Source: Trypanosoma brucei
Taxonomy: Eukaryota
NCBI GenBank assembly: GCA_000002445.1
Contig: AL929603.2
Span: forward strand, 608,001 to 672,000
DNA length: 64,000 nt
Direction of reading: 5' to 3'
Shown piece by piece: positions 54,973 to 64,000 of this stretch (positions are counted from its first letter, which is position 1; each line of letters begins with the position of its first letter). Position numbers and translations under genes: made by a program. A model generated the notes under the pieces. That model saw nothing but the letters and a program-made list of their open reading frames with translations. It was not told the DNA's origin and ran no database searches.

Positions 54973-55269
54973 ATGGCCGGGGAAGCGGGACTTCCATGGG
55001 TGGCACGCTTCATTAACCACATCTTAACGCCCGGATCGGCCCTCTCGCCGGTGGTTTGGTGCGCGTTCAACGTTGTGATGGCCGCACTGCTCCTGTGCTG
55101 GCTACCGTTGCTTATTTCTATGCCATCGAATATACACCTCTGGGTGTTCGGCTTCCTTGGCGCCGGTCTGGCCTTCTCCACCAATTGGTTCTTCAGGGAA
55201 CTTTCCGCCAGGCCCCCAAGTGCTGCAGAAGCTACCGAGCACGAAGTTCGTGAGAAAAGGAACCAATGA
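54973..55269 (+). CDS. small two-transmembrane protein, Pkr1-like (V-ATPase assembly factor family), 98 aa; possibly unannotated
   Basis: Translation 'VARFINHILTPGSALSPVVWCAFNVVMAALLLCWLPLLISMPSNIHLWVFGFLGAGLAFSTNWFFRELSA' has two hydrophobic helices. By my recollection of yeast Pkr1 it aligns as follows: '..PG(T)S..L....V.....LLL..W..........NIH(F/L)(Y/W).........W(F)..ELS'. It sits in a 1.3-kb gap between two + strand genes with GC3-rich codons. Confidence 0.45.
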   Translation: MAGEAGLPWVARFINHILTPGSALSPVVWCAFNVVMAALLLCWLPLLISMPSNIHLWVFGFLGAGLAFSTNWFFRELSARPPSAAEATEHEVREKRNQ

Positions 55270-55657
55270 CACACAAAAAGGGGGTGAGAAAGGACGGGGC
55301 TAGCAGGCACTAGGGCTCTTAAAGCGTTTGTGGGAAAGCGACTGTTGGAATGTAAACGGTGCTAGGATCGATTCGGACATGTTTCCCCATGCGATACGAA
55401 TCCTTTCGCCTCTTCGCTTGCGCTCATATGGTTTTTCCAACACCCGCACCACTGGCCTGTCCGGTTTTCAAGAGTATTTTTGCGCAAAGGGCAACAGAAA
55501 TGGCAGCAACCCAAGAAACAACACAATCTCTTTTCTCATACTACCTGTTATTCCCTAACACCATGTTCACTTATTTGACTTGTTTGCTTGTTCGTTGCAC
55601 TTCGTTACGTCTCCCGTCCGCTGCCCATTAACGTTCCCCTTTCACACGTAGACTCTG

Positions 55658-58600
55658 ATGTTAACCCCGACACGGCGGCTCCCGAAGGCGCTTTCCCCCT
55701 ACGCCCAAGCGCTGAGGCACGTCGCTCTCAGGGGTGCCACCGCTTTTGGCCCGGGCGCAAAAGAGATGGAATTGGATATGCTCCGGAAAGGAACGCTGCC
55801 AGCCGACTACAGGCCACCTGTCCAAGGAAGGTGGGACGATACCATTGAGCGGTGGGCGTATGCCTGGCAGTTCCCAGCAGAAGAAGAGCAAGATGACATT
55901 ACCAAATCGGTGGAACGCAATGCGTCAGGCATGCAAGCGCTATTGGAGATTGGAAACAAGTTGCTGCGCTCGCCGCCATCTCCAGAACCCCTCTCTGGGA
56001 AAGCTTCCAAGTTGTATCCACCGGTTGGGGACATGTCGAGTGGAAATACCGCATTGCTTCCACCCAACCCCACCTACGATGTACTGGAGCAGGACGTGTC
56101 GGAGCTGATGGCAGAAGACGCAGTGGTTGTGGCTTCCCAGCCCCGTCTACGCGCAGAGGAACTCTCAGCGAAGTACAACGTTCCCATGGCTTACATCGAT
56201 GACAGCTCAGAGGCCAGTAATGCGAGTAAAAGCCTTGCCCTCGTGATGGAGGATGTCGGTTTAGAATTTACAGAGGATGGTCTTACCGTAGTCATATCTG
56301 CCCTATCGAGGCAAGGGTACGGCACCATTGGTCGAGCTATTTTTGATTTTGCCTCCACCATGGGGCTGGGGCCTTCTGCCGAGATGTACAAAGCATTGAT
56401 GAAGTACGCCTCACGACGCGGAGATGTGAACGAATCCATGGCTCTCATTGAAGAAATGAAGGGAAATGGAATTACACCCCGCATCGGCAACTGGCACGAA
56501 CTTATGTACACCTTCTACAAGGCAAAGGACTACCCTGCAGTGAGTCAAATAGTGGATAACATGAAAATGTATGCCAATATCGAACCCAATGAAGTCACGT
56601 TTGTACTTCAACTTAAAGCACTGGCCAAAGACAACTCCCAGTTGAACTCTCTCCCCGAGGCAATTCAGTTGTTTGATCAAATGGAAAATGTCTATGGCTT
56701 TATAGCGTCACGTCCCCATTATGATGCCATGATGTTTCATCTAAGTCAGAGTCCGCGACCGGAAATGAGGCTCCGGTGCGAGGAATTGGCCCACAAAATG
56801 GAGTTGATGGGGATTGTATGGAATGCCAACACATATCTTAACCTTATTCGCTCAGCCCAGGTAGTCGGTGATGTTGCGGCTGTTGAAAAGTACCTCAGTA
56901 GAATGCGCGAGGAGGGGATCCCAGCAAGCATCGGGCACCTAACATGGGCCGTTCAAGCGCACGTACAAAGCATGATACGGATAGATTACGATGCGCTGAA
57001 GGAAAAGGATGAAAGCCCCCTTCCTACTTGGCTCGAGCATCTTGAAACGTGTTTTGGTATCTACGAGCTAGTCGTCCGACGCGGATGGGTAATGCAGCTC
57101 CCCTTCGTGAACGCACTTCTTCGCCTAACCTGCCAAGCTACCATCCTTTCCATGGAGCGCACGCCAGATGAAGCAGAGACCATCGGTAGGTTCGAGGAGC
57201 AAGCCAACAAAATTTGGAATCATACATTTGACGAATGGCAACTGCAAAAGGACGTCTACAGCTACGAATGTTACATTGCGCTTCTGGCACACCAGCAGCG
57301 CATCGATGAGGCTGAGAAACTTTTTCAAGAAATGATACTAAAGAAGGATCTGTCACCGTCTAGGAGAACATATCACTGTATGATCTTCATGCACCTGTCG
57401 TCGGGTGAGGAAGGAGGAACTGCGAGGGCCCTCAGATATCTGGAGGCAATGGAGCGCGCCGGTATCCAGGTTAGGCCATCCCTTTTGAAGAAAATCGTTC
57501 GGGTAAATAACGCTGCGGGGTACAAACGAGATATGAAGCGGCGTGCGCGGCGTATCATGCAGGCGAGGGAGGAATACCTTGCTAGGAAGGCAGAGGGCGT
57601 TAGCTTCGGGGAAGGAGGGAAGGAAGGAGCTTCGAATCAAAGGGCAGATGTTGACGCGGAGGGAAACTCCATCCTAGAGCCTCTCGCTGTTTCTCCCACT
57701 TCAACGCTAGCTTGGTGGGAAAAGTGGAAGCGGGAGACCGTGAGTAAGCACGAGCTGTTTACTGAGGAGGGAGCTGACGGCACTCCAAAGGGAGAAACGT
57801 TCGAAGAAAAAAATGAAGCTCTCCGGATGATGGGCATCACGTCCTCATTTCAAACGAAGGATCTCGTCCCGCAACCCGACAGACAGAAACTGCTGCCTCT
57901 CATCAGAAGGGAAGAGGGGGAAATCGCGGGTAGCCTTTGGGCAATGGATGGTGGTGAGTTGTCGTATCCGAAGGATGGGGGCGGCCCACAAGGTTGGGGT
58001 GTCCGGCTCTGGCGTGAGCGGCAGCTTGTCAAGCGGGAATACCAGAAAGTTTTGGACGGATATCGTCCTGTTCCCCAGCTTTCAACACTTGGAAACTCTG
58101 TCCGAACGGCCGGTGACCAATTAGATATTGAGAGGAGTGGGGCGCAGACGCCTGGGGAATTGTCCGATTATCGAAACTTTCCTGATAACCGCTTTGACGG
58201 AGGTCAGCTGAAACCCGAGTCAGAGGCAGCTCCAGCAGTTCCCTTTTCCGCAGAACTGGTCTGGCAAGGGGAAGCCAATGACAAGCTCTCGCCCTACAAG
58301 TCCGACGAGGAAATTGCCCTTGAAAACGACAACACTTTCTTTTCAAGCCTTTCCAAGGAAACGGAGGGAAAGCTAAGTATAGCGGTGAAGGCGATGCAAA
58401 ACAAAGAGGAGAATTCTGTGGATGTTAGAGGAAAGGGGGTGACGAGACGTTCTAAGTTTGATTACTTGGAAAAGTGGAGAGACATGTATCGGCACGGCAC
58501 ACTGGAGGTGCCTGAGGGACCAACACTGAATTTTGGCCGCACGCCAGACGATCACAAGGAGACAATGGCAGCTTTGGTTCGCGGTTGGTATCAACGCAAT

Positions 58601-58732
58601 AGGAAGGAGCCAGCATCCGAAGAAGAACTGAAGAGGTGGAGGGTCGATGAGCAGCGAAGCAGCGAAACATCGGCCTCGCGTGCGGCGCTCAAGAAGCGAA
58701 AGCAGGTACGAAGTCGTCACAGAAATAAATAG
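55658..58732 (+). CDS. pentatricopeptide-repeat (PPR) protein, probably mitochondrial, 1024 aa
   Basis: Degenerate 35-aa helical repeats of PPR type. Examples: 'EMYKALMKYASRRGDVNESMALIEEMKGNGITPRIGNWHELMYTFYKAKDYPAVSQIVDNMKMYANIEPNEVTFVLQLKAL' and 'YSYECYIALLAHQQRIDEAEKLFQEMILKKDLSPSRRTYHCMI'. The N-terminus 'MLTPTRRLPKALSPYAQALRHVALRGA' is R-rich and amphipathic (presequence-like). Confidence 0.6.
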   Translation: MLTPTRRLPKALSPYAQALRHVALRGATAFGPGAKEMELDMLRKGTLPADYRPPVQGRWDDTIERWAYAWQFPAEEEQDDITKSVERNASGMQALLEIGNKLLRSPPSPEPLSGKASKLYPPVGDMSSGNTALLPPNPTYDVLEQDVSELMAEDAVVVASQPRLRAEELSAKYNVPMAYIDDSSEASNASKSLALVMEDVGLEFTEDGLTVVISALSRQGYGTIGRAIFDFASTMGLGPSAEMYKALMKYASRRGDVNESMALIEEMKGNGITPRIGNWHELMYTFYKAKDYPAVSQIVDNMKMYANIEPNEVTFVLQLKALAKDNSQLNSLPEAIQLFDQMENVYGFIASRPHYDAMMFHLSQSPRPEMRLRCEELAHKMELMGIVWNANTYLNLIRSAQVVGDVAAVEKYLSRMREEGIPASIGHLTWAVQAHVQSMIRIDYDALKEKDESPLPTWLEHLETCFGIYELVVRRGWVMQLPFVNALLRLTCQATILSMERTPDEAETIGRFEEQANKIWNHTFDEWQLQKDVYSYECYIALLAHQQRIDEAEKLFQEMILKKDLSPSRRTYHCMIFMHLSSGEEGGTARALRYLEAMERAGIQVRPSLLKKIVRVNNAAGYKRDMKRRARRIMQAREEYLARKAEGVSFGEGGKEGASNQRADVDAEGNSILEPLAVSPTSTLAWWEKWKRETVSKHELFTEEGADGTPKGETFEEKNEALRMMGITSSFQTKDLVPQPDRQKLLPLIRREEGEIAGSLWAMDGGELSYPKDGGGPQGWGVRLWRERQLVKREYQKVLDGYRPVPQLSTLGNSVRTAGDQLDIERSGAQTPGELSDYRNFPDNRFDGGQLKPESEAAPAVPFSAELVWQGEANDKLSPYKSDEEIALENDNTFFSSLSKETEGKLSIAVKAMQNKEENSVDVRGKGVTRRSKFDYLEKWRDMYRHGTLEVPEGPTLNFGRTPDDHKETMAALVRGWYQRNRKEPASEEELKRWRVDEQRSSETSASRAALKKRKQVRSRHRNK

Positions 58733-59006
58733 TAAAAGTGAAAGGAAACGGAAACGGAAACGGAGGGAAGGCACAGAGGATGCACCCAGAGGGGGGAAAA
58801 GAGTGCCTCTTTTTTGTGTTATCATCACCCGCCTTATCTGCCGAAACCGGCGTGATTTCTATCTGTTATCACCATTTAAGTGACACTTTTATGTAGCTGC
58901 ATCAGTGAGCGTGGCGTGGTTACCGCCACTTGAACATGTTCGCTTCTTCCCACTTGGACTGTGGTCATTTTCTTCAGAAGTCTCAAAACCAACACTGCCC
59001 CCGAGC

Positions 59007-60215
59007 ATGACGTTTATCAGCTCCCTAATACAGGCCGTGCAGCCAGAAGTGGTGCAATGGCGACGTCACATCCATGAAAATCCGTGCCTAAGCCATAAAG
59101 AGCAACAAACAGCAGATTATGTTGAATCCATTCTGAGAAGCATGCCCGCAAAGCTTGACATCAGGCGGCTGACACCTAGTAGTGTCGTCGCTGACCTCCG
59201 CGGTGGGGCGGGTGATGGACCTACGTACGCACTGCGCGCTGACATGGACGCCCTTCCGCTGCAGGAAGAAAGTGGGGAGCCCTTCAGCTCAAAGCTACCG
59301 GGCGTGATGCACGCGTGTGGTCATGACGCCCACACAGCCATTCTCCTTGGGGCTATCAAGGTCTTGTGTCATGTAAAAGACAAAATATGCGGCACTATTC
59401 GGTTTATCTTCCAGCATGCCGAGGAGGTTATTCCAAGTGGTGCAAAGCAACTTGTTCAGCTCGGTGTGCTGGACGGCGTTAAGATGATATTTGGGCTTGC
59501 CGTTGACGTTTCCAACCCACCGGGAACAGTGCTGTGTAAGAGCGGTGTTTTAACAAGCGCATGCAACGACTTTGACATCGTGATTCAGGGGGCTAGCGGA
59601 CATGCCTCACAGCCAGAATTGTGCATTGACCCCATCGTAATAGGCGCACAGGTGGTAATGAGCCTCCAGACAATTGTGTCAAGACGTATAGGGGCACTTA
59701 CAACACCTGTGCTAAGTATAGCAACCTTTCAAGGCGGCAGGGGAGGCTACAACGTCATTCCTGACACGGTGCATCTACGTGGCACGCTGCGTTGCCTGGA
59801 TAGTGGGGTGCAGAAGCGGGTTCCGGCCATGGTGGAGGAAATCGTGGCAGGAATTACCAGTGCCCACGGCGCTAAACACACGGTGAGCTGGCTAGAGCCC
59901 AATATCGTAACATATAATAACGAAGCCGCATACGACGTTGTGAAGCGGGTTGCAGAACACGTCGTTTCCGGTATAACCTTTGTCGAGCTCCCAACGGCAA
60001 TGACGGGAGTAACGGACTTTGGTGAGTATGGTGCTGTGATACCTGGATGTCTGTTTCTTCTTGGTGCAGGGAATGAAACTAACAATTCAGTGAGCAATCA
60101 TAACTACAGCTCTCGGTTTAGGCTGAATGAGAACGTCATGGTGGATGGAGTGAGGATGTTCGTTGGGTTGATGATGACTCTTGCTGTTCCAGACGCTCCT
60201 AGTCCAGGAACGTAA
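59007..60215 (+). CDS. peptidase M20D-family amidohydrolase (aminoacylase / hippurate-hydrolase / ILR1-like), ~402 aa
   Basis: Metal-binding motif '[20 protein letters not shown]' together with downstream 'FIFQHAEE' is diagnostic of the M20D amidohydrolase family. The ORF track starts at 58905, but M35 (59007, '[26 protein letters not shown]') aligns with the family N-terminus. Confidence 0.75.
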   Translation: MTFISSLIQAVQPEVVQWRRHIHENPCLSHKEQQTADYVESILRSMPAKLDIRRLTPSSVVADLRGGAGDGPTYALRADMDALPLQEESGEPFSSKLPGVMHACGHDAHTAILLGAIKVLCHVKDKICGTIRFIFQHAEEVIPSGAKQLVQLGVLDGVKMIFGLAVDVSNPPGTVLCKSGVLTSACNDFDIVIQGASGHASQPELCIDPIVIGAQVVMSLQTIVSRRIGALTTPVLSIATFQGGRGGYNVIPDTVHLRGTLRCLDSGVQKRVPAMVEEIVAGITSAHGAKHTVSWLEPNIVTYNNEAAYDVVKRVAEHVVSGITFVELPTAMTGVTDFGEYGAVIPGCLFLLGAGNETNNSVSNHNYSSRFRLNENVMVDGVRMFVGLMMTLAVPDAPSPGT

Positions 60216-60785
60216 CGGTGGAAAGGGAATTTTTTGATCCGTTGCTTCCTGCGCTTGAGGTGCCATGCCTTGTCATAGCTCATTCGCGGGTCGCCGGTCG
60301 GTTGCGTCTCCGTTAACATGCTTCTGTTTTTCTTTCTCTCTCTTATCACTTGGTGTATGTGCGGGCGTCGCCACTTTTCCCAACAACCTTAGCAGCGTTT
60401 ACAGTGATACTGGGGAACGGACGGGTAGGTGAAACAGTGGGTGAGCAACACACTTTGTTTCGGAGCTACGCGGGTAAGCAATGAACAGGCGGGATACTCC
60501 TCGTTAAGTTCGGCCCAACAGCTCCACGTCTACCACTCCCTCTTTTCTCGGAGCACGTCCCCGCGCGTGTACATGTTTACCCACGCCTCACTTGCGTACG
60601 CACGTCGTATTATCAGTGATAATGTTTTATTGCTCTTGCTATAATTACGGTAACCTTCCACAAGACGGCGCTGCCGGACTTCCTGCGCTTACTTTCCCCC
60701 TCCCACGCTGTCCTTACGTAACCGAAAGTGAACTGCTCGTTTACCCCTTGAGGAATACAAACAAAAAAGAAAGGGAAACGGAAAC

Positions 60786-61910
60786 GTGGGAATGCGGACG
60801 TTCCTGGCACCGACTTTCCCCCGATGGTGTGGACTTTTTGCCAAATCTCCCGTCCTCCTGATGTCCATTTCAGAGACCGGACTGCAATCGGCCTTCCGTC
60901 GTGCGTGCGCTGAAGAGGGCGTGGACCTCAGGGAGGGGTTGCCAGAGGATGTTCTTGCCGCCGTCATCGCTGCCCCTGGGCAGGTCACTGTGGAGGAGGC
61001 GCGAGCGCAGCTGAACTCTTCAACGTCATTTCGGGTTGATGCGGGTCTAGTGCACTTGACCGCGGATGGTGCGCGGGAACAAAGCCAAATGGAGACGATG
61101 CTGCTAAAATTAGCGACAAAGATCCCCCCAACCGGTGTGAGCGGGGCGCAGTTTCGGGCCATCCTTGAAGACGAAGCACCGCACTTTCAGCCGTCTGCGG
61201 TGGGTGCGCTTTCACTAAAAGAGGCGGTGCAACGCTACCCTCGCTTGTTTGATGTTGAGACAGACACTACAGGTAAGTGGTTTGTGCGACCGGCTGGTGT
61301 GGGAAAAGACGGTAGGGCGTCAGTGGGGAAGAATAGCGGACCAATTAGCATTATCAATTTCTGCAGTGAGAGGGCGTTGATGGGAAACCAGGCCGACTAT
61401 GTTCCCCTCCATGTGGCTATGAGGGAGGAGAGCGTGGCGAGTGAGGGGGTGTTGAGAGACCTAGTGGATAGTGAGGAACTCAGCAAGCAACTGCAAATAC
61501 GGTTCTCAGTGAGATTGCGACCCAAACGACCAGTAACGAACGCGTTTTGTTTTGTTGATGGTGATGAAATTGGTTTGGAGGCTGTAGATGCAATATGGAA
61601 GGAAATGAATTTGTCTGACAAGTCCACTCGTCTTGTGGCTCGGCAGCCAACCTCGCGTAAACACAACAGCAGTGACATTGTCGCCCCAGCGGACATGCCG
61701 ACATACGCTGTTGTGGAGCGTAAGGCGCGGGAGTTGTCTCTCACACAGTCTGTTGTCCTTCAGGACGTTATTTACATGTGTTCGTTGAGGCAATTTTCTC
61801 TTTATGCAGACCATATAGCTAAGTTGAATGCTTTTCCGGATGCAGATGTGTATGTTTGCTGCCCGAGTAAGGTGAAGCTTGTGGCTCAGAAACAGTTTGT
61901 TCCGCTGTAA
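60786..61910 (+). CDS. hypothetical protein, 374 aa
   Basis: Long non-repetitive ORF between two well-supported + strand genes. No motif recognised. Confidence 0.45.
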   Translation: MGMRTFLAPTFPRWCGLFAKSPVLLMSISETGLQSAFRRACAEEGVDLREGLPEDVLAAVIAAPGQVTVEEARAQLNSSTSFRVDAGLVHLTADGAREQSQMETMLLKLATKIPPTGVSGAQFRAILEDEAPHFQPSAVGALSLKEAVQRYPRLFDVETDTTGKWFVRPAGVGKDGRASVGKNSGPISIINFCSERALMGNQADYVPLHVAMREESVASEGVLRDLVDSEELSKQLQIRFSVRLRPKRPVTNAFCFVDGDEIGLEAVDAIWKEMNLSDKSTRLVARQPTSRKHNSSDIVAPADMPTYAVVERKARELSLTQSVVLQDVIYMCSLRQFSLYADHIAKLNAFPDADVYVCCPSKVKLVAQKQFVPL

Positions 61911-62281
61911 CCTCCCCTCCTTCTTGTCCTGAGAACGCGCGTAGCTGGGAGGGTTTCAGGCACTTCTTTATTTACAGGAAGAGCCTTCAAAAGGGCGGAT
62001 GGGGCATGACCGGACATCAAGACGCGGAAAAGAGGAAGCCCAACCGCGGCACTGCCCCGTCTCGCGATCTTACACAGTTCCGCGCACATGCCGACTGCAT
62101 TATTCTCATCCCCTCGTTGGGGGGCACTTTCCCTGTCCTCACTCCGTTAACTTCTGTAACAGCGGGAACTGCCGCTACCGTCGTTGTTCAACCCTCTGCT
62201 TCCCTTTGCTTCACCTAACTACGTCGTGATTAGTGTTTGTTGGGCGCCGGTGGGGTCAGGGGGGGCGCCTCCTTGCTGAAG

Positions 62282-63532
62282 ATGTTGCGTCGCCTCGGTG
62301 TACGTCACTTCCGGCGAACGCCGCTCCTTTTTGTCGGTGGGGACGGCAGCATTTTTGAGCGCTACACAGAAATCGACAACTCCAACGAGCGGCGGATTAA
62401 TGCGCTGAAGGGATGCGGTATGTTTGAGGATGAGTGGATTGCCACTGAGAAGGTTCATGGAGCGAACTTCGGTATCTACTCCATTGAAGGTGAGAAAATG
62501 ATCAGATACGCAAAGCGCAGTGGCATTATGCCTCCGAACGAGCACTTCTTTGGCTATCATATATTGATCCCTGAGTTGCAGCGATACATAACTTCTATTC
62601 GTGAGATGTTGTGCGAGAAGCAGAAGAAGAAGCTACACGTTGTGCTCATTAATGGAGAGTTGTTTGGAGGAAAATATGACCACCCTAGCGTTCCAAAGAC
62701 ACGGAAAACGGTCATGGTGGCTGGTAAGCCGCGAACAATAAGCGCCGTGCAGACCGACTCTTTTCCCCAATATAGCCCAGATCTCCACTTTTACGCATTC
62801 GACATAAAGTACAAGGAGACAGAGGATGGAGACTACACTACTCTCGTCTACGATGAAGCCATAGAGCTGTTTCAGCGCGTTCCCGGGCTCCTGTACGCGA
62901 GGGCGGTCATTCGAGGGCCAATGTCAAAGGTTGCTGCATTTGATGTGGAACGCTTTGTCACAACCATCCCCCCTCTTGTTGGTATGGGCAACTACCCACT
63001 GACGGGCAACTGGGCTGAGGGGCTTGTCGTGAAGCACTCGAGGCTGGGAATGGCGGGATTCGACCCCAAAGGTCCAACGGTGTTGAAGTTTAAATGCACA
63101 GCGTTCCAGGAGATATCCACAGACCGAGCGCAAGGGCCTCGCGTAGATGAAATGAGGAACGTACGAAGGGACTCCATCAATCGCGCCGGTGTGCAATTGC
63201 CAGACTTAGAGAGTATTGTGCAAGATCCAATTCAACTCGAAGCTTCGAAACTACTCCTTAATCATGTGTGCGAGAATCGTCTCAAAAATGTGCTATCAAA
63301 GATCGGCACGGAGCCCTTCGAGAAGGAGGAAATGACACCAGACCAGTTGGCCACACTTCTTGCCAAAGACGTCCTGAAAGACTTTCTAAAAGATACCGAA
63401 CCCTCCATTGTAAATATACCGGTACTCATCCGCAAGGATCTGACTAGGTACGTTATATTTGAGTCCAGGCGGCTAGTTTGCTCACAGTGGAAGGACATTC
63501 TGAAGCGTCAGTCTCCTGACTTTAGCGAATGA
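62282..63532 (+). CDS. KREL2: kinetoplastid RNA-editing ligase (ATP-dependent RNA ligase, Rnl2-like), 416 aa
   Basis: The nucleotidyltransferase motif I with the catalytic lysine, '[13 protein letters not shown]', is characteristic of kinetoplastid REL1/REL2. Motif IV-like '[11 protein letters not shown]' and motif V-like '[12 protein letters not shown]' lie downstream. Starting at M16 of the ORF gives 416 aa. I recall this as the REL2 length and locus context (chromosome 1, downstream of pteridine transporters), which favours REL2 over REL1. The symbol comes from memory and synteny and is unverified. Confidence 0.75.
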   Translation: MLRRLGVRHFRRTPLLFVGGDGSIFERYTEIDNSNERRINALKGCGMFEDEWIATEKVHGANFGIYSIEGEKMIRYAKRSGIMPPNEHFFGYHILIPELQRYITSIREMLCEKQKKKLHVVLINGELFGGKYDHPSVPKTRKTVMVAGKPRTISAVQTDSFPQYSPDLHFYAFDIKYKETEDGDYTTLVYDEAIELFQRVPGLLYARAVIRGPMSKVAAFDVERFVTTIPPLVGMGNYPLTGNWAEGLVVKHSRLGMAGFDPKGPTVLKFKCTAFQEISTDRAQGPRVDEMRNVRRDSINRAGVQLPDLESIVQDPIQLEASKLLLNHVCENRLKNVLSKIGTEPFEKEEMTPDQLATLLAKDVLKDFLKDTEPSIVNIPVLIRKDLTRYVIFESRRLVCSQWKDILKRQSPDFSE

Positions 63533-64000
63533 AAAGATATGGCTCCCCAGAGAGCGTGGAAATAATGCATGGCTGCGGAGAATTGGTGGTGGGAGGGAAG
63601 CAAAGAAAAAGAAAAGCACCTCTTGGCACGGTAAGCAGTAGCATTCTAAATCCCCCATGCCCCCCGTACGCACACGCACACCTTTGTATGCACGTCTGTA
63701 TTTACTTATCCCCACATACGTGTTTAAAAACAGACGTGCACTTCTGTTCCTTGTTTACTCACCAATTATCATATAGGCTTTGAGGTACTCTCCAAAGGGC
63801 TAGCGCTGTGGTCAGACGAGACCAGAGCGGGGTGAGAAGGGGAGCAAATGCGCACGTTCAGTCGTACGGCGCGGATCACCTCGAGCGCGGCTTGCGTAGG
63901 TCGATTTGAGCACCAAGGAGTGTCGCGTGACGCGGTGCTTGCGCGGTGGAGCTTACAAGTGGTCAAACCTAACGCGATGAAGACTGGAGGCCTAATCGGC

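Overview
This window is eukaryotic and looks like a kinetoplastid (Trypanosoma brucei-group) chromosomal segment. It is not a prokaryotic locus. That reading is inference from sequence character: densely packed intron-less ORFs on one strand, separated by long pyrimidine-rich low-complexity spacers with (GT)n, (TA)n and poly-C tracts, and several proteins recognisable as trypanosomatid orthologues. Gene order runs: an RNase-PH-like fragment, a PUF protein, PF16, then several + strand genes. A convergent strand-switch region follows, holding a decayed ingi/L1Tc-type retroposon fragment bracketed by a 286-bp inverted repeat. Next come three tandem ~4.0-kb copies of a folate/biopterin (pteridine) transporter gene on the - strand, then a 5.3-kb gene-free divergent strand-switch region. 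The window ends with + strand genes: a WD40 protein, a small Pkr1-like ORF, a PPR protein, an M20 amidohydrolase and an RNA-editing-ligase (KREL2-like) gene. From memory, this order is consistent with T. brucei chromosome 1 (PUF9, PF16, a pteridine-transporter array, KREL2). That is recollection, not a database hit. All + strand CDS lie in one inferred polycistronic unit (1-28027), the transporters in an opposing unit, and a third + strand unit starts near 48.6 kb. I found no CRISPR array, no tRNA or rRNA gene, and no prokaryotic-style defence or novel multi-gene 'system'. The most interesting structures are the inverted repeat plus retroposon relic at the transcription-convergence site (a candidate siRNA-producing locus), the near-identical transporter array with copy-specific substitutions, a gene-free divergent strand-switch region, and a small two-TM Pkr1-like ORF that may be unannotated. 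Product calls rest on motifs visible in the translations and on remembered family signatures. No searches were run.
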